Part shown: positions 62,504-64,000 of the stretch, piece by piece
How positions within the stretch are numbered: position 1 is the stretch's first letter
Layout: each line of letters opens with the position of its first letter
Sequence record: PP777464.1
DNA length: 64,000 nt
Reading direction: 5' to 3' (one strand)
Position numbers and translations under genes: made by a program
The notes under the pieces: model-generated
Databases searched by the model: none
What the model saw: only the letters and a program-made list of their open reading frames with translations
What the model was told of the DNA's origin: nothing

Positions 62504-62995
62504 ATGTTTGAATTTCCTGAAGAGTCATTTAACTATATTGACCCTACTGATGACGGATACAGACACATTAATATCTATAGTAAAGCTAAAACTAAGTTAG
62601 GTAGGGATCTATCTAACTTTTCGTCACATAGTTTTACCTTAGAACCATACGGTTGGTTCCCATCGGTAGAAACTTTTTATTTTTGGTTTTTAACAGGCCA
62701 GAAACATGATGATCTTAGAAAAGTGTCGGGTGCTGCTGCAAAAGCAGCGGCGAACAAGTATATGCACGACCGTATTGAAATGACACCCGAATGCATTTCT
62801 CGTATCCAGGATGCAATATGTGCTAAGATATTTCAAAACCCAGAACTTGCTGAACGATTGAGGAAAAGTAAGTTACCCTTCTATCATTACTATGTTTATG
62901 GTGGGAAGGTGGTTGATGTATCTGATGAACATGACTGGTTTGTTAAAACATTCGAAGATATAAGAATTGTTTTGAAGGAGAACCACAATGAGTAA
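62504..62995 (+). CDS. NADAR-like protein (T4 gp30.3/YbiA family)
   Basis: HINIYSK...LGRDLSNF...FPSVETFY...AKIFQN. Confidence 0.75.
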   Translation: MFEFPEESFNYIDPTDDGYRHINIYSKAKTKLGRDLSNFSSHSFTLEPYGWFPSVETFYFWFLTGQKHDDLRKVSGAAAKAAANKYMHDRIEMTPECISRIQDAICAKIFQNPELAERLRKSKLPFYHYYVYGGKVVDVSDEHDWFVKTFEDIRIVLKENHNE

Positions 62996-63266
62996 ATGTT
63001 GGGTATGTTGTAAGCAATTCGATGAAGATTATATTATTTCTTTGGATGTATTACCACAACAATACATGATATCTTCAGGGAAATATAAACTAGATACAGT
63101 TCCAACACCTAAGTATATGGGGATTTGTCCATTGTGTAATGGGAATGGTGTATCGAATGAAGTTGTTGCATTCACAAATACACAAACTACTGATTGTGTC
63201 GCCGAATATATAAGAAAGAATCTGGCTTTTTTCACTAGGAGATTATATGAACGAGAGAATCTTTAA
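62988..63266 (+). CDS. Small zinc-finger protein
   Basis: CWVC and CPLC pairs. Confidence 0.65.
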   Translation: MSKCWVCCKQFDEDYIISLDVLPQQYMISSGKYKLDTVPTPKYMGICPLCNGNGVSNEVVAFTNTQTTDCVAEYIRKNLAFFTRRLYERENL

Positions 63267-63483
63267 TTCATATGATATGGAAGATTTACTAATACCATCT
63301 GATAACAGTACTGTTAAAATGCAAATGTATTGGTTAGTAAAAGATGGCAAGGTATTCCAGCACAAAGTTACAAAAGTATGGCAATGTAATAAAAACAAAT
63401 CTATAGTTGATGCACTCGCAACTGCATTTCCTGGGGTAGAGGTTGTATTTTTACCATTTGCCTACATTAAGGAAATAAAATGA
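63247..63483 (+). CDS. Hypothetical protein (78 aa)
   Basis: AGGAG RBS. Confidence 0.65.
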   Translation: MNERIFNSYDMEDLLIPSDNSTVKMQMYWLVKDGKVFQHKVTKVWQCNKNKSIVDALATAFPGVEVVFLPFAYIKEIK

Positions 63484-63627
63484 AAAAACATTGACAATAT
63501 TCGTAATACCTACTATAATGTTGTTATTGTCACTTACGGTCCCACAAGGAAATAAAATGAAAAAAACATTGACAATATTCGTAATACCTACTATAATGTT
63601 GTTATTGTCACTTACGGTCCCGCAAGG
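63469..63627 (+). repeat. Tandem duplication (77 + 78 bp) containing RBS, ATG and a perfect sigma70 promoter in each copy
   Basis: AAGG junctions at 63469, 63546 and 63624; TTGACA-N17-TATAAT at 63491 and 63569; copy 1 has A6 after ATG, copy 2 has A7. Confidence 0.92.
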
Positions 63628-63724
63628 GCATGTTGTGGCACTGAATGTAGTAGAAATTATTCTTCTTGTAATTCACTGCATTGTATGTTACTATTATGTA
63701 AAATCGGATGATAAAAAAATATGA
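63557..63724 (+). CDS. Small two-TM membrane protein (55 aa)
   Basis: AAGGA RBS; MKKTLTIFVIPTIMLLLSL...VVEIILLVIHCIVCYY. Confidence 0.6.
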   Translation: MKKTLTIFVIPTIMLLLSLTVPQGHVVALNVVEIILLVIHCIVCYYYVKSDDKKI

Positions 63725-64000
63725 AGTACTATCGAATTCGAGTTGGTGTAAGCTCTGGTTTTAGTAATTGGGTATATTATGATTTACCTGATTGCTATAC
63801 CGTAGAAGATGTAATTGACTTATATTATGAAGAAGAGTCATGGGTATCCAGTACTGAAACACACAGTGTTGTGTGTGAAGAACTGAGTGCTGAAGATTAC
63901 AAGCACTGTACCCAAGCAATGAAGTATTACAGTAAAGATGTGAAGATGTTATCTGAAAACGTTTTTCCTGTAAAAGAATGGGCAATTTTGCTTGCAAATC
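63721..64000 (+). CDS. Hypothetical protein, runs off the window end; absent from the track
   Basis: ATGA overlap; open frame MKYYRIRVGVSSGFSNWVYYDLP... to base 64000. Confidence 0.65.
   Translation, partial: MKYYRIRVGVSSGFSNWVYYDLPDCYTVEDVIDLYYEEESWVSSTETHSVVCEELSAEDYKHCTQAMKYYSKDVKMLSENVFPVKEWAILLAN

Noticed and set aside
63469-63627. CRISPR-like array
   Set aside because: Two adjacent copies with no spacer.

Overview
This is a 64 kb slice of an AT-rich, T4-related jumbo myophage genome. Gene content resembles the Rak2/GAP32-like group of enterobacterial jumbo phages (inference from gene content only). It holds the replication, recombination and nucleotide-metabolism core (family-B polymerase, clamp and clamp loader, gp32-like SSB, UvsX/Y/W, primase, helicase, NrdAB, DHFR, RNase H, Dda, type II topoisomerase). 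It also holds the large terminase, two tandem T4-T-like holins, virion and internal-head proteins, and host-takeover genes (IF3, YggL-like, ClpS-like, TelA pair, LemA-like, NADAR, two GroES). I saw no rRNA, tRNA, CRISPR array or mobile element. Main finding: the large terminase and both holins are each broken by the same one-base +1 shift, an in-frame CGG codon followed by A (positions 8119, 35673, 36641). Skipping that C restores a Gly codon (GGA) and the full conserved protein, including the terminase Walker A ARQM-G-KTT. A manual scan found no in-frame CGG in any intact ORF. This suggests a CGG-triggered +1 recoding switch that gates packaging and lysis, although a systematic sequencing error must be excluded. 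Other notable items are a minimal DnaE-like polymerase split into two genes 32 kb apart, an unannotated Sm/Hfq-like ORF, a degenerate terminase-ATPase paralog, and three distinguishable promoter classes. Two ORFs labelled + in the supplied track (19534..19887 and 35975..36655) are actually on the minus strand.
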